Shown here in pieces: positions 54,947 through 63,703 of a DNA stretch of 64,000 nucleotides. This DNA is from Thermofilaceae archaeon (GTDB lineage: Archaea; Thermoproteota; Thermoprotei; Thermofilales; Thermofilaceae): contig JAWCCZ010000006.1 of assembly GCA_038861545.1 (NCBI GenBank), positions 5,093 through 69,092 on the forward strand, read 5' to 3'. Each line of letters opens with the position of its first letter. The first letter of the stretch is position 1. Under the pieces are notes generated by a model that saw only the letters and a list, made by a program, of their open reading frames with translations, did not search any database and was not told the origin of the DNA. A program made the position numbers and the translations under genes.

Positions 54947-55555
54947 CTATGATTCCCTCGTTAGCCTAACCGTTTGAAGCCTCCTCTCCACTTGGCTGGC
55001 TATCAATTTAGCTGGGATAAAGGAGAACAGCGTGTGGATACAGTTATAAGTAGTCACTAGAACCAGAGTTAGCACAATTACGTCTGTCCACTCGCTAACT
55101 CCTATGCCAGCGGCGTTCAGCAAAAACTTTGAGTAATCAAGCCAGCTCGGGAAAAGGAAGCTTAGCAAGATGTAATTGGCGAGGGCCATAATGAAAGACC
55201 TTAAACCCATACCTAGGAGAAGAGCTAGCCAAAGTTTAGTGGATTTAGAGCGTAAACCCCAGTGCATACCGAATAGCATAGATAAAACCGCCGTGAACTT
55301 CATGGTCGGTCCTAGGGGGTCACCCCCTCTCGAGAGTAGACCGAAGTAGTGTAATAGTGCGCAAAAGTAACTCCATTTCGGGGCAACCAGCATAAAGGTT
55401 AGTAGTGAGGGAATCTCTGCAAAGTCGAGCTTGAGGAACGTCAAGGGATAAAAGGGTAACTCTACTCTTAGCGATGAGATAATCAACGCCGATGCGGACA
55501 TGAGTGCGGTGAATGCTATTGCTTGACTTTTACGAGGTTGCGTGTCCACTGGCAC
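54947..55555 (-). CDS. ECF transporter S component-like protein (RibU/folate-type architecture)
   Basis: 202 aa, 5-6 TM. LDFAEIPSLLTFML is the typical S-component loop motif. Confidence 0.55.
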   Translation of the reverse strand: MPVDTQPRKSQAIAFTALMSASALIISSLRVELPFYPLTFLKLDFAEIPSLLTFMLVAPKWSYFCALLHYFGLLSRGGDPLGPTMKFTAVLSMLFGMHWGLRSKSTKLWLALLLGMGLRSFIMALANYILLSFLFPSWLDYSKFLLNAAGIGVSEWTDVIVLTLVLVTTYNCIHTLFSFIPAKLIASQVERRLQTVRLTRES

Positions 55556-56119
55556 ACCAATTGAAACATCGGCTTAAAGGTTACGTCAAAAAAGCTTAAC
55601 TCTTTAAACTTTTTGTCCCTTCAAGCCCAACGGCATTATCAAGTAATCTATCGCCTACTCGGGTTAGGAACAAATTGATGCTGGCTTCTTGGTTCCATCT
55701 AGCTCTTTACTCAATTCACGTGGCTCCGGGGCTCTGTGGTAAGTCTGAGATCACCTACTTTCAACGGTAAACCGAGAGAGCTGGCAAGCCCGAGTACATG
55801 GCTCTGATTTTCGGTCTAATATAATCTCGTAAAGCATTGGGCTTCCGCCCGAAAATGCTAAACTTAGTTCTCTATATTAAGCGTAAGCTTCGCAAACTAA
55901 TCGAGCAAGTGGATAAACTTTAGAGATCAGCTGCATGCATTTGAGCCAGACTTTTCGCGCCCACTAGGCGTGGATTACGATGGAAGTACTCCTCCATAGT
56001 CCCCCTTAAACCTGTTTTTCCTTTTCCAAGCAAGTTAACAGTTCCACCGTGGCTAGCGAGTGTCTGCAAAGAGTGTGGAAGGCTTGGCAAAGAATACGTG
56101 GTAGAGCGTTCAGCTAACG

Positions 56120-56923
56120 TTACTGGATGGATTTACTGCGCGCTATCATTTTAGCAACTTCTTCCGGTGTAGGGGCGCAGTCCTCTAGCCTAGAAGCCAG
56201 TACCTGAAGTTGAGTTGGTACGAAACCGTGCCCGGTTAAGAATTTAATGTCTCTCAACACCTCTCTAGAGGGGCCGTCACGCACTACAGATCCGTTTTCG
56301 AGGGCTACGATTCTTTTAGTGAAACGGGCGAGGAGGTCTGTATCGTGAGATACGACAATGATGGAGTTTCCCTGCCTATTCAGCTTTATAAGCGTGTTGA
56401 ATAGCGCTGCGCACCTTGCATAGTCTAAACCAGTTGTCGGCTCGTCTAGTATAATAACCTCAGGCTCTAAGGCTAGAACGCACGCTATTGCAAGCCTATG
56501 CTTTTCGCCGAAGCTAAGCGCATGCGGCGAGGATTCTAGCGGTTTATTAAGATCAACGTTTTTGAGTGCGCGTAACACTCTCTCCTCTACCTCTTTTTTC
56601 TCATATCCGAAGTTCCTCAAAGCAAAAGCTACCTCATCATAGATCGTGGAGGAGAAGAGCATCATATCAGGGTTCTGGAATATATAGCCGACTTTCCTGG
56701 CCAGCTCTGAGACTGAGATGTCTCTAGTATCGAGACCGTCTACGAGCACTCTTCCTTTAGTGGGTTTAAGTATTCCCGCAGCGAGCTTAACTAAGGTGGT
56801 TTTACCAGCGCCACTGTGGCCTATTATTCCGATGCTCTCCCCCCTCCCGACTTTCAACGTGACTCCCTTTACTGCTGTTGGGCCACCCGGGTAAGTATAG
56901 CTTACATTCTCGATTTCTATCAT
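56120..56923 (-). CDS. ecfA2: ECF transporter ATPase subunit A2
   Basis: Walker A GHSGAGKTT, signature LSFGEKHRLAIA, Walker B IILDEPTTGLD. It overlaps ecfA1 by 4 nt. Confidence 0.85.
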   Translation of the reverse strand: MIEIENVSYTYPGGPTAVKGVTLKVGRGESIGIIGHSGAGKTTLVKLAAGILKPTKGRVLVDGLDTRDISVSELARKVGYIFQNPDMMLFSSTIYDEVAFALRNFGYEKKEVEERVLRALKNVDLNKPLESSPHALSFGEKHRLAIACVLALEPEVIILDEPTTGLDYARCAALFNTLIKLNRQGNSIIVVSHDTDLLARFTKRIVALENGSVVRDGPSREVLRDIKFLTGHGFVPTQLQVLASRLEDCAPTPEEVAKMIARSKSIQ

Positions 56924-57759
56924 AGGCCATACACCCGTAATGCATCGTTTAATCGCACTGGAATGGGCGTCTTTATCCCGGCTCTCCTTAACTCATAAGC
57001 TACTTCACTGGCTCCAGGAGGTCTTACACCATACTTCTCAATTTCCTCAACTCTACTGAAAAGTTCCTCCGGTTCTCCCTCCAACACTATGCTACCCTCA
57101 TGCATGACCGAGATACGGTCTGCGACTTCAACCGCCCACTCAACCTTATGTTCAGCTGCTACTATCGTTAAACCGTGCTCTCTCTTCAGGAGGGATACCG
57201 TGTCCAACACTAGCTGGGTTCCTCTATGATCTAGCATTGAGGTTGGTTCGTCCAGAAGCAGTACTTTAGGTCTCATCGTTAAAACGCTAGCTATAGCTAA
57301 CAGTTGCTTTTCCCCTCCGGAGAGAGATTGCGGGTTCTTAGTCAGATACCTGCTTAAATCTAACGCGTTAACAACCCATTCAACTCTTTCGATAACCTCA
57401 TCTTTAGGTAACCCTATGTTTTCTGGTATCATTGAGAGTTCTTCGTAAACTGACTGGGCTATAACTTGCATCTCCGGGTTTTGAAACACGATACCTACTT
57501 GGCCTATCAACCCCTTATATCCATCTTCAACAACATTGATACCCTCAACCAAGATTTCGCCTTTCACTACTCCTGGTATAACCCATGGAAGTAAACCGGC
57601 CACAACGTAAAGTAATGTGCTCTTACCGCAACCACTTGGTCCCATTAACACTAACATTTCGCCTTTCCTAACTCCCAATGTAATATTTCTCAATATCCAG
57701 TCTGCAGATATAGCGTACCTAGCATGTAAGTTTTTCAAGTGTACGGAAATATCCCCCAT
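56920..57759 (-). CDS. ecfA1: ECF transporter ATPase subunit A1
   Basis: Walker A GPSGCGKST, signature LSGGEKQLLAIA, Walker B LLLDEPTSMLD. Confidence 0.85.
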   Translation of the reverse strand: MGDISVHLKNLHARYAISADWILRNITLGVRKGEMLVLMGPSGCGKSTLLYVVAGLLPWVIPGVVKGEILVEGINVVEDGYKGLIGQVGIVFQNPEMQVIAQSVYEELSMIPENIGLPKDEVIERVEWVVNALDLSRYLTKNPQSLSGGEKQLLAIASVLTMRPKVLLLDEPTSMLDHRGTQLVLDTVSLLKREHGLTIVAAEHKVEWAVEVADRISVMHEGSIVLEGEPEELFSRVEEIEKYGVRPPGASEVAYELRRAGIKTPIPVRLNDALRVYGL

Positions 57760-58520
57760 AGAGCCACACCTCCATAGAAAAGTATCGAGAAGATCAGAAA
57801 AATACTATCTCTTTTAGTCCATTTAGGTTCAAAAACATATGTCCTTTTCCCATAACCGGCATACCTTGAAGCGAGTACCATACCGAGATCCCATATATCG
57901 CTGAGAAGCCTAGCTATGAGGGGAACGATTACTGGAACATGTTTCCTGAGACGTTCTAGTGGTCCACCCCTATCTAATGCTAAACCACGGGTTTTCTGAA
58001 CTTCAATCACTTCTCTAGTGGATTTGACTATAGATGGAAGCATGCTTAAGGAGATGGTAAAGGCTAAGGAAAGTTTGTGTGGCAACCTCAGCTTATCTAG
58101 GACCCACATCACATGGTACGGCTTCGTTGAAGTGAAGAATACGGCGAATGCAAGCACAGGGCAGATTATAAGGAAAAACTTGCCTATAGCAACTGAGACC
58201 CCTATATCTGTGAGTTGAAGTATACCTACTTCAAAGATGACTTTACCGTGCGAGCTGTACATGCCAGCCCATACCAAAGTAACAGCAATCAAAAATGCTA
58301 ACATGTTGAATATTAGAAGCGCGGCGAATCCTGCGCCAATTCCAGAGAGCGCGAGGGCTACAACAGCGGATATGAAAACAGGTGTTCCTTTAATACCGTT
58401 AAACTGTGTCGCCATCGAAGCCACCAGTACCAGAAAGGTCCAGAGAAGCTTAGCCCTTGGATCAAGCCTATGGAAAAAAGTATCTTTAGAGACGTATAAA
58501 CCTGTAAGCACTTCAACCAC
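57735..58520 (-). CDS. ecfT: ECF transporter transmembrane subunit EcfT (CbiQ family)
   Basis: 261 aa. FFHRLDPRAKLLW is the N-terminal signature, and the Ala-Arg-Gly-type coupling helices are present (TRGLALD). Confidence 0.8.
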   Translation of the reverse strand: MVEVLTGLYVSKDTFFHRLDPRAKLLWTFLVLVASMATQFNGIKGTPVFISAVVALALSGIGAGFAALLIFNMLAFLIAVTLVWAGMYSSHGKVIFEVGILQLTDIGVSVAIGKFFLIICPVLAFAVFFTSTKPYHVMWVLDKLRLPHKLSLAFTISLSMLPSIVKSTREVIEVQKTRGLALDRGGPLERLRKHVPVIVPLIARLLSDIWDLGMVLASRYAGYGKRTYVFEPKWTKRDSIFLIFSILFYGGVALWGIFPYT

Positions 58521-58554
58521 CGGATGGTAAAAAATAAACTTAGCTAACTTTAGC

Positions 58555-59418
58555 TTAGAGTGGCCTTACCCTATCTCTCCAGTATAACCCCCTGCCTTTA
58601 ACCATGGGGAACAACACTCTTCCAAGTAATGGTGAGAGTACTGCGTTAACAGTAACATTGTTTAGAAGTATTGTCGGTGCTATTATTCCCCAGGTAACGA
58701 AAAGCGGTAAACCCACTATGCTTTCAGCGAAGTCTAACCACCAGCAGATATAAATCGCGCTGTAAAAAGCTTGGACAATTACGCCCCACAGGTAGAATTC
58801 ACCTATCGAAGAGGCGCTTGCAAAGCTATGATCTCTAACCATTTTATAGGGCAGATAAGCGATGAGGAAGTTACCGATGAAACCACCAAATGAGCCTATA
58901 CCGAAGAAACCGCCAATAATATCGGCGATAAGGTTCCCAAAAGCTACACCTAAGCAACCGGGGATCCCGAAAAACATACCGAAAATCGGAGCCAGTGAAT
59001 TAGCTGGTCTTAGCCAGGTAAAGCCGGGAACTATAACGATTGGGGCAGTCGCTGCAAGCAGACCACCGTATACAGCAGCGCTCAGAGCTGCAAGCGCAAT
59101 ATCGATAACCCCCCAACTAGATACTCCCATCCTATTCCTGGAAACCCCCTTTTTAGTGAGAGTGAAACCAACCAGCTCTAGAGCAAAGAGTAGGGTCCCA
59201 AAAATCCAAAGTACTGCTCCGATAGCGAAGACACTATCATGAAATCCCAGAAAAGCCTGCGATATCGCGAATGCTCCCCAAGGGTTCTCGGGATTAGTTG
59301 TCAATGCCAGCCAGAAGGCGTAAATCAGCCCAGCGGCTATTAATAGCCCGGTAATCACGACTAACACGTAAAGCGCCTTAAGTGAACCCGCAGTTTTTAC
59401 AACTTTTTCTCCGCTCAC
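58555..59418 (-). CDS. ECF transporter S component-like protein encoded at the head of the ECF operon
   Basis: 287 aa, polytopic. LRPANSLAPIFGMFFGIPGCLGVAFGNLIADIIGG parallels the motif in 38621..39430. Specificity is unknown. Confidence 0.55.
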   Translation of the reverse strand: MSGEKVVKTAGSLKALYVLVVITGLLIAAGLIYAFWLALTTNPENPWGAFAISQAFLGFHDSVFAIGAVLWIFGTLLFALELVGFTLTKKGVSRNRMGVSSWGVIDIALAALSAAVYGGLLAATAPIVIVPGFTWLRPANSLAPIFGMFFGIPGCLGVAFGNLIADIIGGFFGIGSFGGFIGNFLIAYLPYKMVRDHSFASASSIGEFYLWGVIVQAFYSAIYICWWLDFAESIVGLPLFVTWGIIAPTILLNNVTVNAVLSPLLGRVLFPMVKGRGLYWRDRVRPL

Positions 59419-59586
59419 GGGGGATCTATAAACAGTAGTTTATATTTTTTTATCTTGGAATTGGTAATTGTAAAATAACTTACTAGTTCTTTTTCTTTGT
59501 ATGAAGACTCAAATTTAACATATTTATGATAAATAATAAGCATACCCTTCCCGAAGAGCTTTTAACTTACTCTTTTTAGTCTGCTG

Positions 59587-60054
59587 ATGCTAGGACCTGG
59601 AGATTTGAATGCATTTTTAAAGGGTCGAAGAGTTAAGTACGAGCTAGTCAAGGTGCTAAAAGCAGCTACTTCAATAGAAGCCGCGAGGAGTCTCGGTGTT
59701 GATCTAAGCTTTATAGCTAAAACTGTGGTGATGCTGACCGATACAGGGTACCCGATTTTAGTAGTTATACGTGCTGATAAGCGCGTTAACCTGGGAGAGC
59801 TTGCGCGACTTCTAGGGTTAAATAAGCTTAGATTAGCTACTGGGAGCGAAGTCGCTGAAATAACAGGTTATGCTCCAGGCGGAGTGCCTCCGCTAGCTCA
59901 TGCAAGAAAACTTCCAGTTTACTTGGATAAGGAGTTACTTGAGCTAGAGTACGTTTACACAGGAGGGGGCGATGATAAGCATCTTCTACGCATCTCGCCC
60001 GCTGACATTGTTAAAATGGCTGAGGCAACTGTTGTAAATATTCCTAAAAAGTAG
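59587..60054 (+). CDS. YbaK/EbsC-family aminoacyl-tRNA deacylase-like protein
   Basis: 155 aa. IAKTVVMLTD..PILVVIRADKRVNLGELARLLG...ITGYAPGGVPPLAH matches the YbaK/ProRS-associated domain. Confidence 0.7.
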   Translation: MLGPGDLNAFLKGRRVKYELVKVLKAATSIEAARSLGVDLSFIAKTVVMLTDTGYPILVVIRADKRVNLGELARLLGLNKLRLATGSEVAEITGYAPGGVPPLAHARKLPVYLDKELLELEYVYTGGGDDKHLLRISPADIVKMAEATVVNIPKK

Positions 60055-60317
60055 GCTTGAATTAAACACTGGTCTTTTAACAATTTGATAATGAGACGTG
60101 CACATATTTGCTTTGAGCTGGCTGAATAGCTGTTCATGAATACGAACAAAGTTTCTATTACTATTACCGCATTGGAAGGAGCCTGATAACCAATCAAGAC
60201 TAGCTTCAAAGTATAAACATGAGTAAAGTATCTAAGCCAGCTAGTTCAATAAATTTTAAGTTTAACTTTTTGTTTTAATCCTAACACATGCTTGGTAATT
60301 TGTACGAGAAAAGCTGT

Positions 60318-60786
60318 ATGAGCGGCAGCGTCTATACATTAGGGCATAACAACAGGCTGTTTAAAGAGTTCATTGAATTGCCTCTACAGTACGGCATAGA
60401 ATTGCTTATAGATATTCGAAGATAGTCTAAGTCATCAAGTTTCAGCACTTCAATAGGGAGGTTCTAGAAGAAGCTTTGAAAGAGTGAAAATCAACTGTGT
60501 TTGGCTTGGAGAGTTGCTTGGCAGATACAGAAAGGAGGGTTATAAAAACTACATGTAGATCAGCGAGTTCGAACATGGCTTAGCTTTGCTCATAGAGCTT
60601 GTACGGAAAAAGAGATCTGCTATTATATGTAGCGAGAAACCGTGGTTTAAATGTCATCGAATGTTCATCACTGGTAAGCTGCTGACTTGTAGCTGGGAAG
60701 TCATTCATATAATTGATACGAAACGTGTGTATAGGCATAAACGGTTAGAAGAGTTAAATGTAAACCGGGAGATCAGGGTTGTCTAG
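60318..60786 (+). pseudogene. DUF488 family gene disrupted by stops and frameshifts
   Basis: MSGSVYTLGHNNRLFKEFIELPLQYGIELLIDIRR then TAG. Then comes (frame shift) KFQHFNREVLEEALKE then TGA. Then comes (frame shift) KINCVWLGELLGRYRKEGYKNYM then TAG. The rest reads ISEFEHGLALLIELVRKKRSAIICSEKPWFKCHRMFI..VIHI. All DUF488 signature blocks (YTIGHS, DVRR, LG, C.E....CHR, HI) are present, but in three frames. Confidence 0.7.
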
Positions 60787-61485
60787 AAATATGCATGAAG
60801 TACTAGGTTCATAATGCATGGATACTGCTTTCACTGTTACTCCTGCCTCAGCGGCTTTGGCTAGGAGAAGAGGTATCTCCGGATCTCCTTTTTCATACGG
60901 TTTAAATGCTTTCACGTCCGGTAAAGCGGCTATAAACACTATAAGTGCTTTCCCGCCTTTCTTAACATATTCGGAAATCTCGCTTAAATGCCGCCTTCCG
61001 CGCATCGTTGGACAATCGGGGTACATAGCGTAGAAACCATCTCTTAAAACAGCGCTTTTCACCTCGACGAACATGCGGTATGAGCCGCATTTGAGTAGGT
61101 AATCGAGTCTCGAAGAACTGAGTTTTGGCGCTCTAGTTATGATTCGACAAGCAGCCCATGGGATGAGCTTTCGGTTTAAAGCTTTTTCAAAAGCTTGCAT
61201 TTGGAAGCCGGTATCAATTAAGGCGGCTTTTCCACGATCTTCCACCGCGATTAACTTAAACTTAGTTACTCCCTCATACTTGGGCAAGCAGTACCCTATT
61301 CTGCCATGGATTAAGTAATCGGTGAGCCTACCCGTGTTAGTAATATGCGCTAAGGCGTGTTCTTCTTTCACCAATACCTCAACTACAAACCTATTCCTTC
61401 TTTCCAATATTTTACATTTAATAGGTTCGGGAAGTTCAATTAAAGGTATCACATGGATGTATGTTAACTTTAGGTTTAAGAGCAT
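60754..61485 (-). CDS. sfsA: SfsA family (sugar fermentation stimulation protein homolog) nuclease-fold DNA-binding protein
   Basis: The ATG at 61485 gives 243 aa. ERRNRFVVEV...AHITNTGRL...FVEVKS...DCPTMRGRRHL is the SfsA pattern. The longer ORF to 61599 would overlap the divergent radical SAM gene. Confidence 0.75.
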   Translation of the reverse strand: MLLNLKLTYIHVIPLIELPEPIKCKILERRNRFVVEVLVKEEHALAHITNTGRLTDYLIHGRIGYCLPKYEGVTKFKLIAVEDRGKAALIDTGFQMQAFEKALNRKLIPWAACRIITRAPKLSSSRLDYLLKCGSYRMFVEVKSAVLRDGFYAMYPDCPTMRGRRHLSEISEYVKKGGKALIVFIAALPDVKAFKPYEKGDPEIPLLLAKAAEAGVTVKAVSMHYEPSTSCIFLDNPDLPVYI

Positions 61486-61503
61486 ATACCCTTTTACCCA
61501 GCA

Positions 61504-62409
61504 ATGAGTTATATCCGGCCTTTCGACCCGTGGCGGAAGGGAAGCCTTTGCACCTGTCCTTTTAAGTACACCGTGAACCCTTACACGGGTTGCAGCCACG
61601 CCTGCCTCTACTGCTACGCGTCGAGCTACATACGCAGGTTTTTCCAGCCTAGACCTAAAGTGGGTTTTCTAAGGCGATCATTTAACGACTTGAAACGTTT
61701 ACCACCTATCTCTATCATCAATATATCGAGTAGCAGCGATCCGTATCAGCCGTGCGAGCTCGAATACCAGTATACGCGCCACCTTCTGGAAGTCATTGCA
61801 GGAAAACATATAGTTGAGGTTGTTACTAAATCTGACCTAGTAGTAAGGGATATTGATTTGTTGAAGAGAGGGTTCAGCATAGTCTCAGTTACCTTAACGA
61901 CGCTTGATGAAAGCTTAGCCGCTAGGCTTGAGCCAGGGGCGCCGCCATCTAAGCGTAGAATCGAAGCCATGGGTAAGCTATCGCGGGCTGGAATACCGGT
62001 TGTCTTGAGGCTTGACCCTTTAATACCGGGCCTTACCGACTCTCCTGATTCCATAAGAGAGGTTATCGAAGAGGCTGTATCGTCTGGGGTTAGCCATGTA
62101 GTCAGCAGTATATACAAAGTTAAGCCAGATAACCTGCGAAGGGTTATTGAGGTATTTCCGGAAATACTCCCTAGGATTAGGGAGTTATACTTTAAGCATG
62201 GTGAACGGATCCACGGTTACTTATACTCAGAAAGATCATACCGTTTTAAAACCCTGAAAGTAGTTAGAGAAGAAGCGCATCGCCATGGATTAACTTTCGC
62301 CTCCTGCAGAGAAGGTTTCCCAGAACTCTCTGATCCTGGGGTTTCATGCGACGGCACATATCTAACTCACGCTAGTAGTAGTTTTCAGCATACTTTGCGT
62401 AGTTATTAA
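61504..62409 (+). CDS. radical SAM protein (SplB/COG1533-like)
   Basis: 301 aa with the CxxxCxxC motif GCSHACLYCYA near the N-terminus and a TIM-barrel-like remainder. Confidence 0.75.
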   Translation: MSYIRPFDPWRKGSLCTCPFKYTVNPYTGCSHACLYCYASSYIRRFFQPRPKVGFLRRSFNDLKRLPPISIINISSSSDPYQPCELEYQYTRHLLEVIAGKHIVEVVTKSDLVVRDIDLLKRGFSIVSVTLTTLDESLAARLEPGAPPSKRRIEAMGKLSRAGIPVVLRLDPLIPGLTDSPDSIREVIEEAVSSGVSHVVSSIYKVKPDNLRRVIEVFPEILPRIRELYFKHGERIHGYLYSERSYRFKTLKVVREEAHRHGLTFASCREGFPELSDPGVSCDGTYLTHASSSFQHTLRSY

Positions 62410-62446
62410 CACGAAACTTATAATAGGGTAGAGGAATATTAGTTCG

Positions 62447-63634
62447 ATGAATTCAAAGCTGGGCCTTCTAGCGCTTTTATTGGTAGCTTTAATATATCTA
62501 CCTTTGTTATCAGGCGCCCCTCCCCTGCAGGGATTAATAGTTATCGAGTACGGGATGAGCGGATGCCCATACTGTGTAGCTCAAAAAGCCGTGCTTGAGG
62601 GTTTATGGGAGGAGGGTAAGCTTTACTTTGTTTACGTGGAATTAATGGGTAACGAGACAAATGCCCTCGAGTACTCCACCTTGTATACCATATTGGTAGG
62701 CGACAACTTGCGTGTACCCTTCCTCGTGCTTCTTATAGACGGTGAAGTGAAAGCGGTACTTGTCGGCTACTGTAACTCCACTCAGCTTCTCGGTATAGCT
62801 GGGAACGCGACAAAATCCACGGGTATACTGGTTGTTTCAGGTTCTGGTGTTAGAGAAGTTGTAAATGACACAACCATAACTGAGGTTCAGCGAATCATTG
62901 GTTCTAGGCTTAAAGGTGTTTCCCCCTCTGTTTTTCTTCCACCCTTAACTTTACGTCAAGCTTTAGCGTTACTGGTGCCGCTCGCAGTCGCTAGTAGTAT
63001 GAACCCCTGTACCTTTACCCTTTATGCTGCGTTAGTTGCAACGGTGCTAGTAGGTGGGAGGAGAAAGGCGCTTACTGTCGCGCTTGCCTTTATAGTTGGG
63101 GTTTTTGTGTGCTACTACTTAGTTGGCGTGGGTTTAGTAACGGCTACGTTATCCTCCCCTAGGATTTTAGTAAAAATATTTTCAGTGCTCGGCGTGGCGC
63201 TAGGAGTTTACTCTATGGTTAAAAGTTTGAGGCCAGGGGTTAAATTACCTATACCTGAAACAGTGAAAAGGATGCTGGAGATACCGCAGGACTTAACGAC
63301 AAGCGCGGTTTACGGAGTTGCTGGTCCTTTAGGGGCTACCGGATTAGGCGTGTTATTCGGACTAGTTTTCTTTCCCTGCTCGGGTGCTCCGTACCTGGTT
63401 TTCACAACTATCCTTTCCCGCCTTTCTACCCACCAAGTTAGATACATTCTCTTGTTACTTTACAACGCTATAGCAGTGCTCCCCTTAATAGGAGTTGCCC
63501 TAGTGCTGATTTTAACGGGGTCAGCTACCGAGAGTGTCGGTAGGCTGCGCGGACCCAGAGTTGCAAGGGCTTTACAATTGTCTTCGGGTGTTCTTCTCAC
63601 GTCGATTAGCGTTTATATTCTCTTAACTCTTTAG
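62447..63634 (+). CDS. glutaredoxin/thioredoxin-fold domain fused to CcdA/DsbD-like membrane domain
   Basis: 395 aa. An N-terminal TM is followed by EYGMSGCPYCVAQ (CxxC). The membrane domain has the Cys motifs SMNPCTFTLY and FFPCSGAPY. Confidence 0.7.
   Translation: MNSKLGLLALLLVALIYLPLLSGAPPLQGLIVIEYGMSGCPYCVAQKAVLEGLWEEGKLYFVYVELMGNETNALEYSTLYTILVGDNLRVPFLVLLIDGEVKAVLVGYCNSTQLLGIAGNATKSTGILVVSGSGVREVVNDTTITEVQRIIGSRLKGVSPSVFLPPLTLRQALALLVPLAVASSMNPCTFTLYAALVATVLVGGRRKALTVALAFIVGVFVCYYLVGVGLVTATLSSPRILVKIFSVLGVALGVYSMVKSLRPGVKLPIPETVKRMLEIPQDLTTSAVYGVAGPLGATGLGVLFGLVFFPCSGAPYLVFTTILSRLSTHQVRYILLLLYNAIAVLPLIGVALVLILTGSATESVGRLRGPRVARALQLSSGVLLTSISVYILLTL
62544..62673 (+). repeat. copy 1 of a 130-nt intergenic-paralog repeat with a 74-nt perfectly identical core (62591-62664)
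   Basis: Direct comparison with 63789-63918. There are 25 identical nt, then 10 mismatches in 22 nt, then 74 identical nt, then 1 mismatch, then 8 identical nt. Confidence 0.9.
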
Positions 63635-63703
63635 AGATAAAAATTACTGCATGGTACGTATACTTAAATACCCAAGGTATTCCTTATTCTGGTGCGTTCA
63701 ACC

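Noticed and set aside
55834-55858. A GGAA-tetraloop hairpin considered as SRP RNA helix 8 or a k-turn element.
   Set aside because: The flanking sequence lacks the conserved SRP helix-8 loops (AGCA/GGCA-type) and lacks tandem G.A pairs after the 3-nt bulge. It is kept only as part of the unexplained gap.
59955-60209. An 84-aa minus-strand ORF.
   Set aside because: It overlaps the 3' end of the YbaK-like gene in antisense and runs into AT-rich spacer. It has no recognisable features.
61486-61599. A 38-codon N-terminal extension of sfsA.
   Set aside because: It would overlap the divergent radical SAM gene (start 61504). The Arg-rich extension has no SfsA counterpart.
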